A stretch of DNA of 56,452 bases. Origin: an uncultured Porphyromonadaceae bacterium (lineage in GTDB: Bacteria; Bacteroidota; Bacteroidia; Bacteroidales; Muribaculaceae). The number at the start of each line of letters is the position of its first letter. The first letter of the stretch is position 1. The translations under genes were made by a program, and so were the position numbers. Below, piece by piece: positions 1 through 8,499 of the stretch. Location of the stretch: positions 1-56,452 of the forward strand of contig CAMWSY010000001.1 in the NCBI GenBank assembly GCA_947176995.1, in the 5' to 3' direction. The notes below the pieces were generated by a model. That model saw only the letters and a program-made list of their open reading frames with translations. It was not told the origin of the DNA and searched no databases.

Positions 1-52
1 GAGCACCTGACTGTTAATCAGGGGGTCGTTGGTTCAAGCCCATCCTGAAGCG
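1..52 (+). tRNA. tRNA-Asn(GTT), 3' portion only (5' part lies outside the window)
   Basis: Anticodon stem cctga/tcagg (6-10/18-22) flanks loop ctGTTaa (anticodon GTT, 13-15). T arm gttgg-ttcaagc-ccatc (28-44) has one T.T mismatch. Acceptor 3' strand ctgaagc plus discriminator g at 45-52. Confidence 0.7.
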
Positions 53-56
53 CCCG

Positions 57-92
57 TAGGCCGCATCATCCGATGCGGCCTATTTCATTTTT
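57..92 (+). terminator. Rho-independent terminator after the tRNA
   Basis: Perfect 11-bp stem taggccgcatc/gatgcggccta (57-67/72-82), loop atcc, then tttcattttt. Confidence 0.65.
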
Positions 93-130
93 ATCACTCC
101 ATGTTGTGCATGATAAATTGGAGTGTGCGC

Positions 131-246
131 CAGCACGCCCGAGCCCGTGAAGCGGGCGAAACAAGTGCCAGCACCCGGTGACCGAAGAGAACCGGGTGTA
201 AGTCGTGCAATTTGTGTGAGCTGCGGAGCTGCGAAACTTACATCCG
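131..246 (+). repeat. Structured repeat motif D, copy 1 (core)
   Basis: Hairpin gcccg-tgaag-cgggc (143-157), linker caagtgccag, hairpin cacccgg-tgaccgaagagaa-ccgggtg (172-198), tandem octamer gagctgcg-gagctgcg-aaac (218-237). The same architecture recurs at 34961 and 45847. Confidence 0.7.
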
Positions 247-697
247 ATACCTCACGCTACAAACATCATATCGCTGACGCGATAATACAGCACGCCCAAG
301 CCCGGGCTAAGACAATGCCTGACAAGGCATTTGAAAAATATGATTGCCGGGTACACCGTCAGGTGTGCCCGGTTGATGATGTGTTGTGTCTGTGTGTCTG
401 CAAAGACACCCTGTTACAAGATGCCTTTCAGGCATGATTCCTTCTGGATCTTTTTCCCCCGGGTGCACCTTTCTGTGCGCCCCGCGCCTGTAGATCGTGA
501 TAAAGGTGCGGAAAAAGGCTTTATCTCTTGGAAAGAGATACTTTTCGGAGATAAACATTCTATGTTTCAATAATATAGAGGTGCTAAAAATAAGGGATAG
601 CTAAACCGCTTAGATTTATGTTTACGGAAATAGAGAGGCTTAAATTTTATATGTGAATTTTTTTTGACTGAAAATGTAGGAAATAAGAAATATTAAT

Positions 698-705
698 TAT
701 TTTTG
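698..705 (+). promoter_or_regulatory. Candidate Bacteroidetes -7 promoter box (TAnnTTTG = tatttttg) for the GH43/SusCD locus
   Basis: Exact match to TAnnTTTG in an AT-rich tract 74 bp upstream of the ATG at 779. Confidence 0.45.
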
Positions 706-778
706 CATTCCGTTTAATCCTCTCTTTCCAAGAGCACATCAAATTCTATAGTCACCATCGCCCTTAAAATCAGAGCAG

Positions 779-1801
779 ATGCCTAAAAAACATAACCAGA
801 ATCCATCACCTGCCCGGCCTTTCTTGAAATCAAAATTTAAGAAACTTTTAATCGGTGCCGTTGGTATCATCGCATTCGTTGCTTGCGGCGCAGGCAGTTC
901 CGATAATCCAGATCTTCCTGATTTCAAACCTGCCGAACAGGGTATTGAATTTGCCGATCCCTTCATACTTCTCGATGGCGATACCTACTATGCATACGGC
1001 ACGGGTGATACGAGCATAGATGTTTATACATCGGACGACCTGAAGCACTGGACACTTGCAGGACGCGCGCTGAACCATACCGACTCCTACGGCGATCACT
1101 GGTTCTGGGCTCCCGAAATCTACCGCGTGGGCGACCGCTATCTCATGTACTACACTTCGGAGGAGCACACCTGTGTCGCCGAAGCATCATCGCCGCTCGG
1201 GCCTTTTGTGCAGAAGGAGAAGAAGCCGCTGTTCGACGGGTTGCGCACGATCGACAACACCCTTTTCATCGACACCGACGGCACGCCCTATATGTTCTAC
1301 GACATTTTTGATGACCGGGGCGGTCATGTGCATGTGGTCGAACTCACCGATGATCTTCTTGCTGTCAGGAACGCCGATCACAAGCCCTGCATCGCGCAGA
1401 GTCAGGCATGGGAAACCGAGGCAGTCAATGAAGGCACATTTGTTGTGAAGCATGGCGACACCTACTACATGACATATTCCGGCAACGGTTACACTAATCC
1501 GGCCTATGGTCTCGGCGTGGCTACTGCGCCGTCGCCGCTCGGCCCGTGGACAAAATATGAGGGCAACCCCATCTTTCAGTTTCCCGCCACAAAAGACTAT
1601 GGCCGGCTCGAAGGAGTTGGACACAGCGCGATGTTCACCGACAAGGAGGGGAAGATGCGCATCGTGTTTCATGCCCACAAAAAGCCCGGAACTGTGCATC
1701 CGCGCGAAATGTATATCTCCACGGTGGAGTTTACCGGCGATCCTGTGCCCCGCATGACCATCTCACAGGACAATATAATAAAAGCCGTGCTTAAGAAATA
1801 G
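779..1801 (+). CDS. Glycoside hydrolase family 43 lipoprotein
   Basis: Lipoprotein-type signal (LLIGAVGIIAFVAC). GH43 five-bladed propeller signatures: DPFILLDGDTYYAYGT, WAPEIYRVGDRYLMYYT, NEGTFVVKHGDTYYMTYSG. Confidence 0.85.
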   Translation: MPKKHNQNPSPARPFLKSKFKKLLIGAVGIIAFVACGAGSSDNPDLPDFKPAEQGIEFADPFILLDGDTYYAYGTGDTSIDVYTSDDLKHWTLAGRALNHTDSYGDHWFWAPEIYRVGDRYLMYYTSEEHTCVAEASSPLGPFVQKEKKPLFDGLRTIDNTLFIDTDGTPYMFYDIFDDRGGHVHVVELTDDLLAVRNADHKPCIAQSQAWETEAVNEGTFVVKHGDTYYMTYSGNGYTNPAYGLGVATAPSPLGPWTKYEGNPIFQFPATKDYGRLEGVGHSAMFTDKEGKMRIVFHAHKKPGTVHPREMYISTVEFTGDPVPRMTISQDNIIKAVLKK

Positions 1802-1882
1802 AGAGGATATACTCAACCGGCTCATTCCGAAATTCCGACTTTTCATAACCTATAATAATTATCACAAAAATCATTCAAGCTA

Positions 1883-4800
1883 ATGAAGCAAGACTCAAAA
1901 GCACTCCGGCGCTTGACCGCACGACGCGGTGCCTGCATGTTTGCAGCGGCAGTGTCGGCTATGTTGCTTTCACCTAACGTGAACGCAGCATCAGAAGCCG
2001 CAGATCGCGCTCCTGTGATGGCCTCTCCTGCCGACAAGGATGCGAAGATCACCGTCACCGGTGTTATTACCGATGCGGCCACAGGCGATCCCCTCATCGG
2101 TGCATCTGTTTATGAGAAAGGCAAACTGGGCGGCACGATTTCCGATGTCGACGGAAAGTTCTCCATTAAAGTCGCTTCCGATGCCACGCTCGAAGTCAGC
2201 TATGTAGGCTACGAGACACAGACCATAAAGGTCGACGGACGCACCACGATCAACATCACCATGTCGGAGGACGTGCAGAAACTCGACGAAGTAGTCGTTG
2301 TGGGTTACGCCTCGCAGAAAAAAGCAAACCTGACCGGTGCTGTCGCATCAGTCGATTTTGAAAAGACCGCAACATCACGTCCGCTCACCACGCTGTCGGC
2401 CGGTCTCGCCGGTGCAGCTGCCGGTCTCAACGTGGTGGAAACCAGCGGTAAGCCCAATAGCGAGGGCTCGCTCACCTCTATCCGAGGCTACGGTACACTC
2501 AACAACTCGTCGCCCCTTATCCTTGTCGACGGCATGGAAGCCAGTCTCAACGATGTGAACCCCAACGATGTGGCAAACATCTCGATCCTGAAGGATGCTG
2601 CATCCTGCGCTATCTATGGTAACCGTGGTGCAAACGGTGTTATTCTCATCACGACCAAGAAGGGCAAGGAAGGTCGCGTCAACGTGACTTACACCGGCAA
2701 GTTCTCGCTCAACACCCCTCAGAAGATCATCCGCACAATCTCCAACTATGCCGACTACATGGAGATCATAAATCAGGCATATCGTGGAGGCGGCATGGCC
2801 GAGCCTTATTCGACTCTCGACATTCAGGAGTGGCGCGAGGCATCGAAGAATCCCAACGCGCTTAACGACGAGGGTATTCCCAACTATGTCACCCACCCCA
2901 ACACCGACTGGTACGACTATCTGTATCAGAAGCGCTTTATGCAGGAGCACACTGTGGGCGTGACAGGTCAGGATTCCCGCACGACATACGCCTTCTCGGG
3001 CACATTCCTCCACAATCCCGGTATCATTCAGGCGTGTGAGCTCAACAAATACTACCTGCGCACCGATATCCGCTCGCAGGTGACCGACTTCCTCGCTCTC
3101 GGTATGCGTGCTTGGGGGTACCACAATGACCAGAATCGCGACGACGTGAGCCAGATCTGGGAGATACAGATGCAGCGCTCGATCCCCGGTATCTATCCTT
3201 ACTACAACGGCCTGTGGGGTGGAAACGAGACTGCCAACGAAACCTCCGATACATCAAATATCGCGATGAATATCGCTCAGGATCACGGCTATTTCAAGCA
3301 GGACAAGATCTACGCCAACCCCTACGTTGAGGTTGATCTCCCGCTCGGCTTCAAGATCTCGTCCAACTTCTACTACGACAAGTATGAGAACCACCACTTC
3401 TGGAAGCCCGACGTGTATCAGCCGCAGGTGTCTTTCCGTCGCGGCATGAAGCTCAACTTCGAGCCCTCCGACGCTCAGATGGCCGAGGCACAGGTTTACG
3501 ACTACCGTGCATACGACCAGTCGTGGAAGACAACCAACATCCTTAACTGGCATGGTACTTTCGGCTCAAACGACGTCAATGCCCTCATCGGTTATGAGGA
3601 AATGCGCAAGTGGGGTGGCTCGACCGACATTTCCAAGAAAGGCATGTCGTCATACGCGCTCACCGATTTCGACGCCGTGACTACTCCCGTCTACATCTCT
3701 GGCAGCAACTGGGAGTGGGCTTCACGTTCGCTCTTCGGCCGCGTGAACTATGCTTATGCAGGCAAGTATCTCGTGGAGGCCAACTTCCGTTACGACGGTT
3801 CTTCGCGTTTCGCCAAGGAGAACCGCTGGGGCTTCTTCCCCTCGGTTTCGGCTGGCTGGCGCATCAGCGAGGAAGCATTCATGGCCGACACACGCAGCTG
3901 GCTCGACAACCTGAAGATACGCGGATCGTGGGGTAAGCTCGGTAACAATGCAATCGGCAACTACGAGTATCAGAACTTCTACTCGTCGACACTCTACGCT
4001 TTCGGCGACGTGCCTAAGGGAGGTCTCTTCCTCACCGGCTTCACCAACGCCAACCTCAAGTGGGAGACAACCACCAGCTCCAACATCGGTATCGACTTCG
4101 GCGCCCTCAACAACCGCCTCACCGGTGTCATCGAGCTCTACGACAAGCACACCGACGGTATTCTCTACCGCCCGTCGCTCAACGCTTCGCTCTACTATCT
4201 CACCGCACCGCTCATGAACCTCGCCGAGGTTGACAACAAGGGTCTTGAGATCACACTCGGCTGGAATGACCGCGTGGATCAGGTAAGCTACTTCGTCAAT
4301 GGCAACGTTTCGTTCAACCGTAACCGCGTCACCAAGTACAAAGGCACTCTCGACAAAGGCTGGAAAACCGACGATAACGGAAACAAGTACTGGTACAACA
4401 ACATCGGCGACGTGTCGAACAACGGTGGTGCCGGCACACAGATCGTCGAGGGTCATCAGATGAATGAATACTACACTCACACCGTGTATCGTGGCGACGG
4501 CACTTACTACAACTCCGACGGCTCAGTCAACGTCAACGGCGGTCCGCGCGACGGCATGATCCGCACCGAGGCCGACATGAAGTGGCTCAAGGACATGGTT
4601 GCTGCCGGCAACTCGTTCTATCCCATGCAGAACATCGGCAAGGGTGGCATCTGGTACGGTGACATGATCTATGCCGACACCAACGGTGACGGCAAGTACG
4701 GTGAGGAGCAGGACCGCCAGTTCAACGGCTACTCCAACATCCCCAAGATCTACTACGGCTTGCAGATGGGTGCAAACTGGAAGGGTATCGACCTGTCGAT

Positions 4801-5245
4801 GAACTGGTCGGGTGCCGCAGGTTTCAAGATCTGGTACTACGACAAGTGTAAGAACTCAACAACTGTGATCCAGTCGGAGCAGATGCCTCTCGACATCGCC
4901 TATGATCACTACTTCTATGATCCCGACAACCTGAACGATCCCTACACCAACACCACAAGTAACACTCCGCGTCTGAGCCCCACCGACGGCAACAACCAGC
5001 AGAAACTCTTTAGCGAGCGTCACCTCCAGAACGGCGACTACATCAAGCTGAAGAACCTCTCTGTGGGCTACACATTCCCCCGCCAGTGGACAACGAAGGC
5101 CTACGTTCAGAATCTGCGCGTCTACGCTTCGTTTGAAAACCTCTGCACGATCACCAAATTCAAAGGTCTCGACCCCGAGATGCGTGCTGGCGACGGATAT
5201 GCTCCCATGCGCACCTATTCACTCGGTCTTAACTTAACCTTCTAA
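1883..5245 (+). CDS. SusC/RagA-family TonB-linked outer membrane transporter
   Basis: 1120 aa with a signal peptide. Carboxypeptidase-regulatory-like domain (ITVTGVITDAATGDPLIGASVYEKG...DGKFSI), plug (VVVGYASQKKANLTGAV), C-terminal barrel ending LGLNLTF. A SusD gene follows after 20 bp. Confidence 0.93.
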   Translation: MKQDSKALRRLTARRGACMFAAAVSAMLLSPNVNAASEAADRAPVMASPADKDAKITVTGVITDAATGDPLIGASVYEKGKLGGTISDVDGKFSIKVASDATLEVSYVGYETQTIKVDGRTTINITMSEDVQKLDEVVVVGYASQKKANLTGAVASVDFEKTATSRPLTTLSAGLAGAAAGLNVVETSGKPNSEGSLTSIRGYGTLNNSSPLILVDGMEASLNDVNPNDVANISILKDAASCAIYGNRGANGVILITTKKGKEGRVNVTYTGKFSLNTPQKIIRTISNYADYMEIINQAYRGGGMAEPYSTLDIQEWREASKNPNALNDEGIPNYVTHPNTDWYDYLYQKRFMQEHTVGVTGQDSRTTYAFSGTFLHNPGIIQACELNKYYLRTDIRSQVTDFLALGMRAWGYHNDQNRDDVSQIWEIQMQRSIPGIYPYYNGLWGGNETANETSDTSNIAMNIAQDHGYFKQDKIYANPYVEVDLPLGFKISSNFYYDKYENHHFWKPDVYQPQVSFRRGMKLNFEPSDAQMAEAQVYDYRAYDQSWKTTNILNWHGTFGSNDVNALIGYEEMRKWGGSTDISKKGMSSYALTDFDAVTTPVYISGSNWEWASRSLFGRVNYAYAGKYLVEANFRYDGSSRFAKENRWGFFPSVSAGWRISEEAFMADTRSWLDNLKIRGSWGKLGNNAIGNYEYQNFYSSTLYAFGDVPKGGLFLTGFTNANLKWETTTSSNIGIDFGALNNRLTGVIELYDKHTDGILYRPSLNASLYYLTAPLMNLAEVDNKGLEITLGWNDRVDQVSYFVNGNVSFNRNRVTKYKGTLDKGWKTDDNGNKYWYNNIGDVSNNGGAGTQIVEGHQMNEYYTHTVYRGDGTYYNSDGSVNVNGGPRDGMIRTEADMKWLKDMVAAGNSFYPMQNIGKGGIWYGDMIYADTNGDGKYGEEQDRQFNGYSNIPKIYYGLQMGANWKGIDLSMNWSGAAGFKIWYYDKCKNSTTVIQSEQMPLDIAYDHYFYDPDNLNDPYTNTTSNTPRLSPTDGNNQQKLFSERHLQNGDYIKLKNLSVGYTFPRQWTTKAYVQNLRVYASFENLCTITKFKGLDPEMRAGDGYAPMRTYSLGLNLTF

Positions 5246-5265
5246 CCCGCACACTCCAATAATCG

Positions 5266-7092
5266 ATGAAATACAATATATCAAATCTGTCGAAAGGCAC
5301 CGTGCGTATTCTTGCCGCCGCAATAGCCGGCGGGGCAATGCTGACCGGGTGCGCCGACATGGATCTGACTCCCACATATCAGCCCACCAGCGAGAGCGTA
5401 TGGCAGGATGTCACAATGGCTTCACAGGCTGCCACGGGACCTTACCGCTGCCTCCGTTACCGCATCGCCGACAACGCGCAGTGGGGTGTCACAACATGGC
5501 AGTGCTTCTCATCGGCACTCGACCGCGACCCCAACTGGCGAGGCTACAAGGCTCTGTTCGGTAACCTCGATTCATCCGACGGTGACTGCGTGCTTCCCGT
5601 GTGGGCATGGCACATGGAGTATGCTGCCAAGGCCAATGCCGTTGTCGCCAACATCATGAACGTTCCGGGTATCGATCAGGACGAGGCTGCACGTATGCGC
5701 GCCGAAAACATCTTCCTCCGCGCCTACTGGTACTATGAGATGAACATTATATGGGGCGGTATTCCCTACATCCGCGAGGAGGTCACCGATCCTGAGCAGA
5801 CCTATATCGCGCGCCTGAGCAAAGAGGAGACGTGGGACGAGCTCATCAAGGACTTCACCGAGGTGATCAACACTCCCTCGCTTCCCGACAAATATGCGCA
5901 GGGCGACGGCAACTGGGGCCACATCACCAAAGGCACAGCCTATGCTTACCGTGGCAAATGCTACATGTGGAAGAAAGAGTGGCAGAAGGCAGCCGACGAC
6001 TTCCAGAAAGTGAAGGATTGCGGCTACAAGCTTCTGACTGCCGGTGACCGCCCCTACATCGACCTGTTCAAGGAAGCACAGGAGCAGTGCGACGAGATGA
6101 TGTTCACAGTCTGCTTCGGTCCGCAGGACACTCAGGGCAATGTGATCTGGCGTAACTGCGCTACCCGTTCGGTCAACGGTAAAGAGGGCTGGAACAACTG
6201 GCACGGCAACCCCGCCATGATTGAATCCTACGAGAACGCCGACGGCTCGAAATTCAGCTGGGATCAGTACATCCCCGACTACAGCTCCAAGTCGAAGAAA
6301 GCGCGTCAGGCCTACTTCCTGCGCGACGACATCAACGACGATGAGATCGCAAAGGCAGTGGAAGGCGGTGCCGACATGTCGCTTTATATTCAGGGTGGCA
6401 ACGAGGCGCGTCTCCGTCCCGCGTTTGAGAACCGTGACCCGCGTCTCGAGCAGACCTTCATCACTCCCTACTCGATCTTCAACGGCGCACGCCGCGGCTT
6501 TGTGGAGCCCATCACTTACCGCTTCCCCTTCCGCACCGACGGTGCCGATGACCGCACCACTCCCTTCCTCGCCGACCTCCTCACCGACACCGGCATGGAA
6601 ACCTATCTGATGCGTAAATTTGTCGCCGAGGGTCAGGAAGTGACCAAGTGGTACTCTTCCATCGACTATCCTATCCTGCGCTACGGTGAGGTTCTCTGCG
6701 ACTGGGCCGAGTGTCTTGCCGAGCTTGGCGATCTCAGCGGTTCTGCCGACAAGATCAACGAGCTCCGTGCCCGCGTGGGTCACGTGCTCCTCAACTCCAA
6801 TGCCAACACCATGGTTGCCGGCAAGGAGGATATGATCGAGCGCGCACGCATGGAGCACTACTATGAGCTCGCCGGTGAGGAAAACCTCTTCTTCGACGAA
6901 CTCCGCTGGGGCACATGGCGCGCCAAGAAGTTCTATCTGGACTCCGAGGGTCAGATGAACGGCCTGAAGAAACCGTGGGGTGTGAACTACTACGAGTATG
7001 TTGATGGCGGCGACAAGATGACCGAGTGGCCTGTACCCGACCGCGAGATGCAGGTTAACCACAACATGAACCAGAGCCCCTACTGGAAGTAA
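5266..7092 (+). CDS. SusD/RagB-family nutrient-binding lipoprotein
   Basis: Lipobox LTGCADM, 608 aa, immediately downstream of SusC. Trp/Tyr-rich TPR-like SusD composition. Confidence 0.9.
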   Translation: MKYNISNLSKGTVRILAAAIAGGAMLTGCADMDLTPTYQPTSESVWQDVTMASQAATGPYRCLRYRIADNAQWGVTTWQCFSSALDRDPNWRGYKALFGNLDSSDGDCVLPVWAWHMEYAAKANAVVANIMNVPGIDQDEAARMRAENIFLRAYWYYEMNIIWGGIPYIREEVTDPEQTYIARLSKEETWDELIKDFTEVINTPSLPDKYAQGDGNWGHITKGTAYAYRGKCYMWKKEWQKAADDFQKVKDCGYKLLTAGDRPYIDLFKEAQEQCDEMMFTVCFGPQDTQGNVIWRNCATRSVNGKEGWNNWHGNPAMIESYENADGSKFSWDQYIPDYSSKSKKARQAYFLRDDINDDEIAKAVEGGADMSLYIQGGNEARLRPAFENRDPRLEQTFITPYSIFNGARRGFVEPITYRFPFRTDGADDRTTPFLADLLTDTGMETYLMRKFVAEGQEVTKWYSSIDYPILRYGEVLCDWAECLAELGDLSGSADKINELRARVGHVLLNSNANTMVAGKEDMIERARMEHYYELAGEENLFFDELRWGTWRAKKFYLDSEGQMNGLKKPWGVNYYEYVDGGDKMTEWPVPDREMQVNHNMNQSPYWK

Positions 7093-7112
7093 GCAATCGA
7101 AATCACGCGACA

Positions 7113-7154
7113 ACAATGTGGAGGGGGGCATCCCGTTCCCCCTCCATTGTTTTA
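7113..7154 (+). terminator. Intra-locus hairpin / partial terminator between SusD and GH43
   Basis: Arms acaatg(t)ggagggg and cccctccattgt form a 12-bp stem with one bulge, followed by tttt. Confidence 0.45.
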
Positions 7155-7175
7155 CTCTATGCAACAAAGTAATCT

Positions 7176-8210
7176 GTGAAAATGAAAAGACTGTTTCCTG
7201 TTGTTCCGTTGACTCTTCTGCTTGCCGCAGGCTGCGCGGGATGCTCCGGCGACGGGGATTCCAAAGAAGATTCCGAAAAAGGCAACGGCGGATTTGTAGA
7301 GAAAACAAAGACCTACATAAATCCCGTCTTTATTCAGGACTCGCCCGACCCCTCGGTGATGCGGGGTGACGACGGATATTTCTATGCATTCACCACCGCC
7401 GGGCTGCGCCGCTCCAAAGATCTTGTGGAGTGGAGTGCGCTTAAAGATCCCTTTGAGTCGCGACCCGCGTGGAGCGATGTTTGCAAGGATGTCTGGGCAA
7501 TGGATGTCAACAAGATAGGCGACAAATATGTGCTCTACTACGCTTTGTCGAAATGGGGTGAGGAGCATGAGAACGGTCTTGGTGTAGCCGTGGCCGACGA
7601 CATTGCCGGTCCGTATAAAGATCATGGCAAGCTGTTCACATCCAACGAAATCGGGGTTCAGAATTCTATCGACCCCCATTACTTCATCGATGACGACGGC
7701 AAGCAGTACCTTTCATGGGGTTCATTCAGCGGTCTCTATGCGATCGAGCTTGCCGCCGACGGGCTCTCGGTGAAGGAAGGCGCTGAGAAGCAGAAACTCG
7801 CCGGAAACGCCTATGAAGGCATAATGATTCACAAGCACGATGGCAAATACTATATGTTTGCCTCGATAGGCTCATGCTGCGAGGGCACAAACTCCACCTA
7901 TACCACAGTGGTGGGTCGTGCCGACAACTATTTCGGGCCATACGTGAATAAGGCCGGAGCGTCGATGCTCGACAACAACCATGAGATTCTCATTGCAGGT
8001 AGCGATGCCGTGAAAGGCCCCGGGCACAATTCCGAGATAATCACCGATGACGAGGGACACGACTGGATACTCTACCACGGCTATCTCACCACCAACCCCT
8101 CGCGCGGCCGTGTGCTGTTTATGGATCCCCTTCATTGGACCGACGGATGGCCGAGCGTGAAAGAAGCCAAGCCTTGCATGATAGGACAGGAAGTTCCTGT
8201 ATTCAAATAA
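7176..8210 (+). CDS. Glycoside hydrolase family 43 lipoprotein (arabinanase/xylosidase-like)
   Basis: Lipobox LLAAGCAGCS. Motifs DSPDPSVMRGDDGYFYAFTT, VWAMDVNKIGDKYVLYYA, EGIMIHKHDGKYYMFAS. Confidence 0.85.
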   Translation: MKMKRLFPVVPLTLLLAAGCAGCSGDGDSKEDSEKGNGGFVEKTKTYINPVFIQDSPDPSVMRGDDGYFYAFTTAGLRRSKDLVEWSALKDPFESRPAWSDVCKDVWAMDVNKIGDKYVLYYALSKWGEEHENGLGVAVADDIAGPYKDHGKLFTSNEIGVQNSIDPHYFIDDDGKQYLSWGSFSGLYAIELAADGLSVKEGAEKQKLAGNAYEGIMIHKHDGKYYMFASIGSCCEGTNSTYTTVVGRADNYFGPYVNKAGASMLDNNHEILIAGSDAVKGPGHNSEIITDDEGHDWILYHGYLTTNPSRGRVLFMDPLHWTDGWPSVKEAKPCMIGQEVPVFK

Positions 8211-8234
8211 AGAAACAGACTATATACTGACGTG

Positions 8235-8315
8235 TGGGTGTGTCATAAAGCTTTTGATGAAATTACAGTAATTGATATGGTTGACTATGTCCGGATTTCA
8301 CTTATGACACACCCA
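8235..8315. repeat. 14-bp inverted repeat (tgggtgtgtcataa / ttatgacacaccca) with a 53-nt spacer
   Basis: Arms at 8235-8248 and 8302-8315 are exact reverse complements, followed by ttttatttat. The left-arm sequence gtgtcataaa recurs at 45674-45683. Confidence 0.6.
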
Positions 8316-8341
8316 TTTTATTTATCGCGAAGATAAAGTAG

Positions 8342-8367
8342 GGACGCACGGTCGTGCGTCCTGTTTT
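8342..8367 (+). terminator. REP family B hairpin acting as a likely terminator of the GH43 gene
   Basis: ggacgcacg-gt-cgtgcgtcc followed by tgtttt. The same hairpin, preceded by gtag, recurs at 35602 and 45705. Confidence 0.55.
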
Positions 8368-8433
8368 ATATGTGCGTGTTCGTGTAGAGGCTTTGCGCCA
8401 GCATGGGTGCTTTATAAATTGGATTAGATGTAT

Positions 8434-8441
8434 TATATTTG
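8434..8441 (+). promoter_or_regulatory. Candidate -7 promoter box (tatatttg) for the GH38 gene
   Basis: Exact TAnnTTTG 59 bp upstream of the ATG at 8500. Confidence 0.45.
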
Positions 8442-8499
8442 CAATAACCTACATGCGGTAGGTCTAATACCTCGATTCATCCAATTGCTTGTAATATAA

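Noticed and set aside
172-237. Motif D as a cobalamin riboswitch (gagaaccgggtgtaag vaguely resembles GGGAA..GGUG.AA.UCC)
   Set aside because: The GGUG segment pairs upstream here rather than forming the downstream hairpin. No B12 box or GCCACUG element is present, and no copy lies upstream of a co-oriented gene.
218-237. Motif D as a hammerhead ribozyme (because of GCGAAAC)
   Set aside because: No conserved CUGANGA core is present, and the would-be stem II (ctgc..ctgc) is not self-complementary in any of the three copies.
123-573. ORF-track entries 123..437 (+), 307..570 (-) and 331..573 (+) as protein-coding genes
   Set aside because: They overlap each other and are Cys/Arg-rich. They run through a chain of perfect hairpins and motif D. 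The peptide PAPGDRREPG recurs in unrelated ORFs (33525..35036, 45851..46096) only because motif D is repeated.
1-600. An integrated mobile element at the tRNA-Asn 3' end
   Set aside because: No integrase is present and I could find no second copy of the tRNA 3' segment in the window. The adjacent genes are an ordinary PUL.
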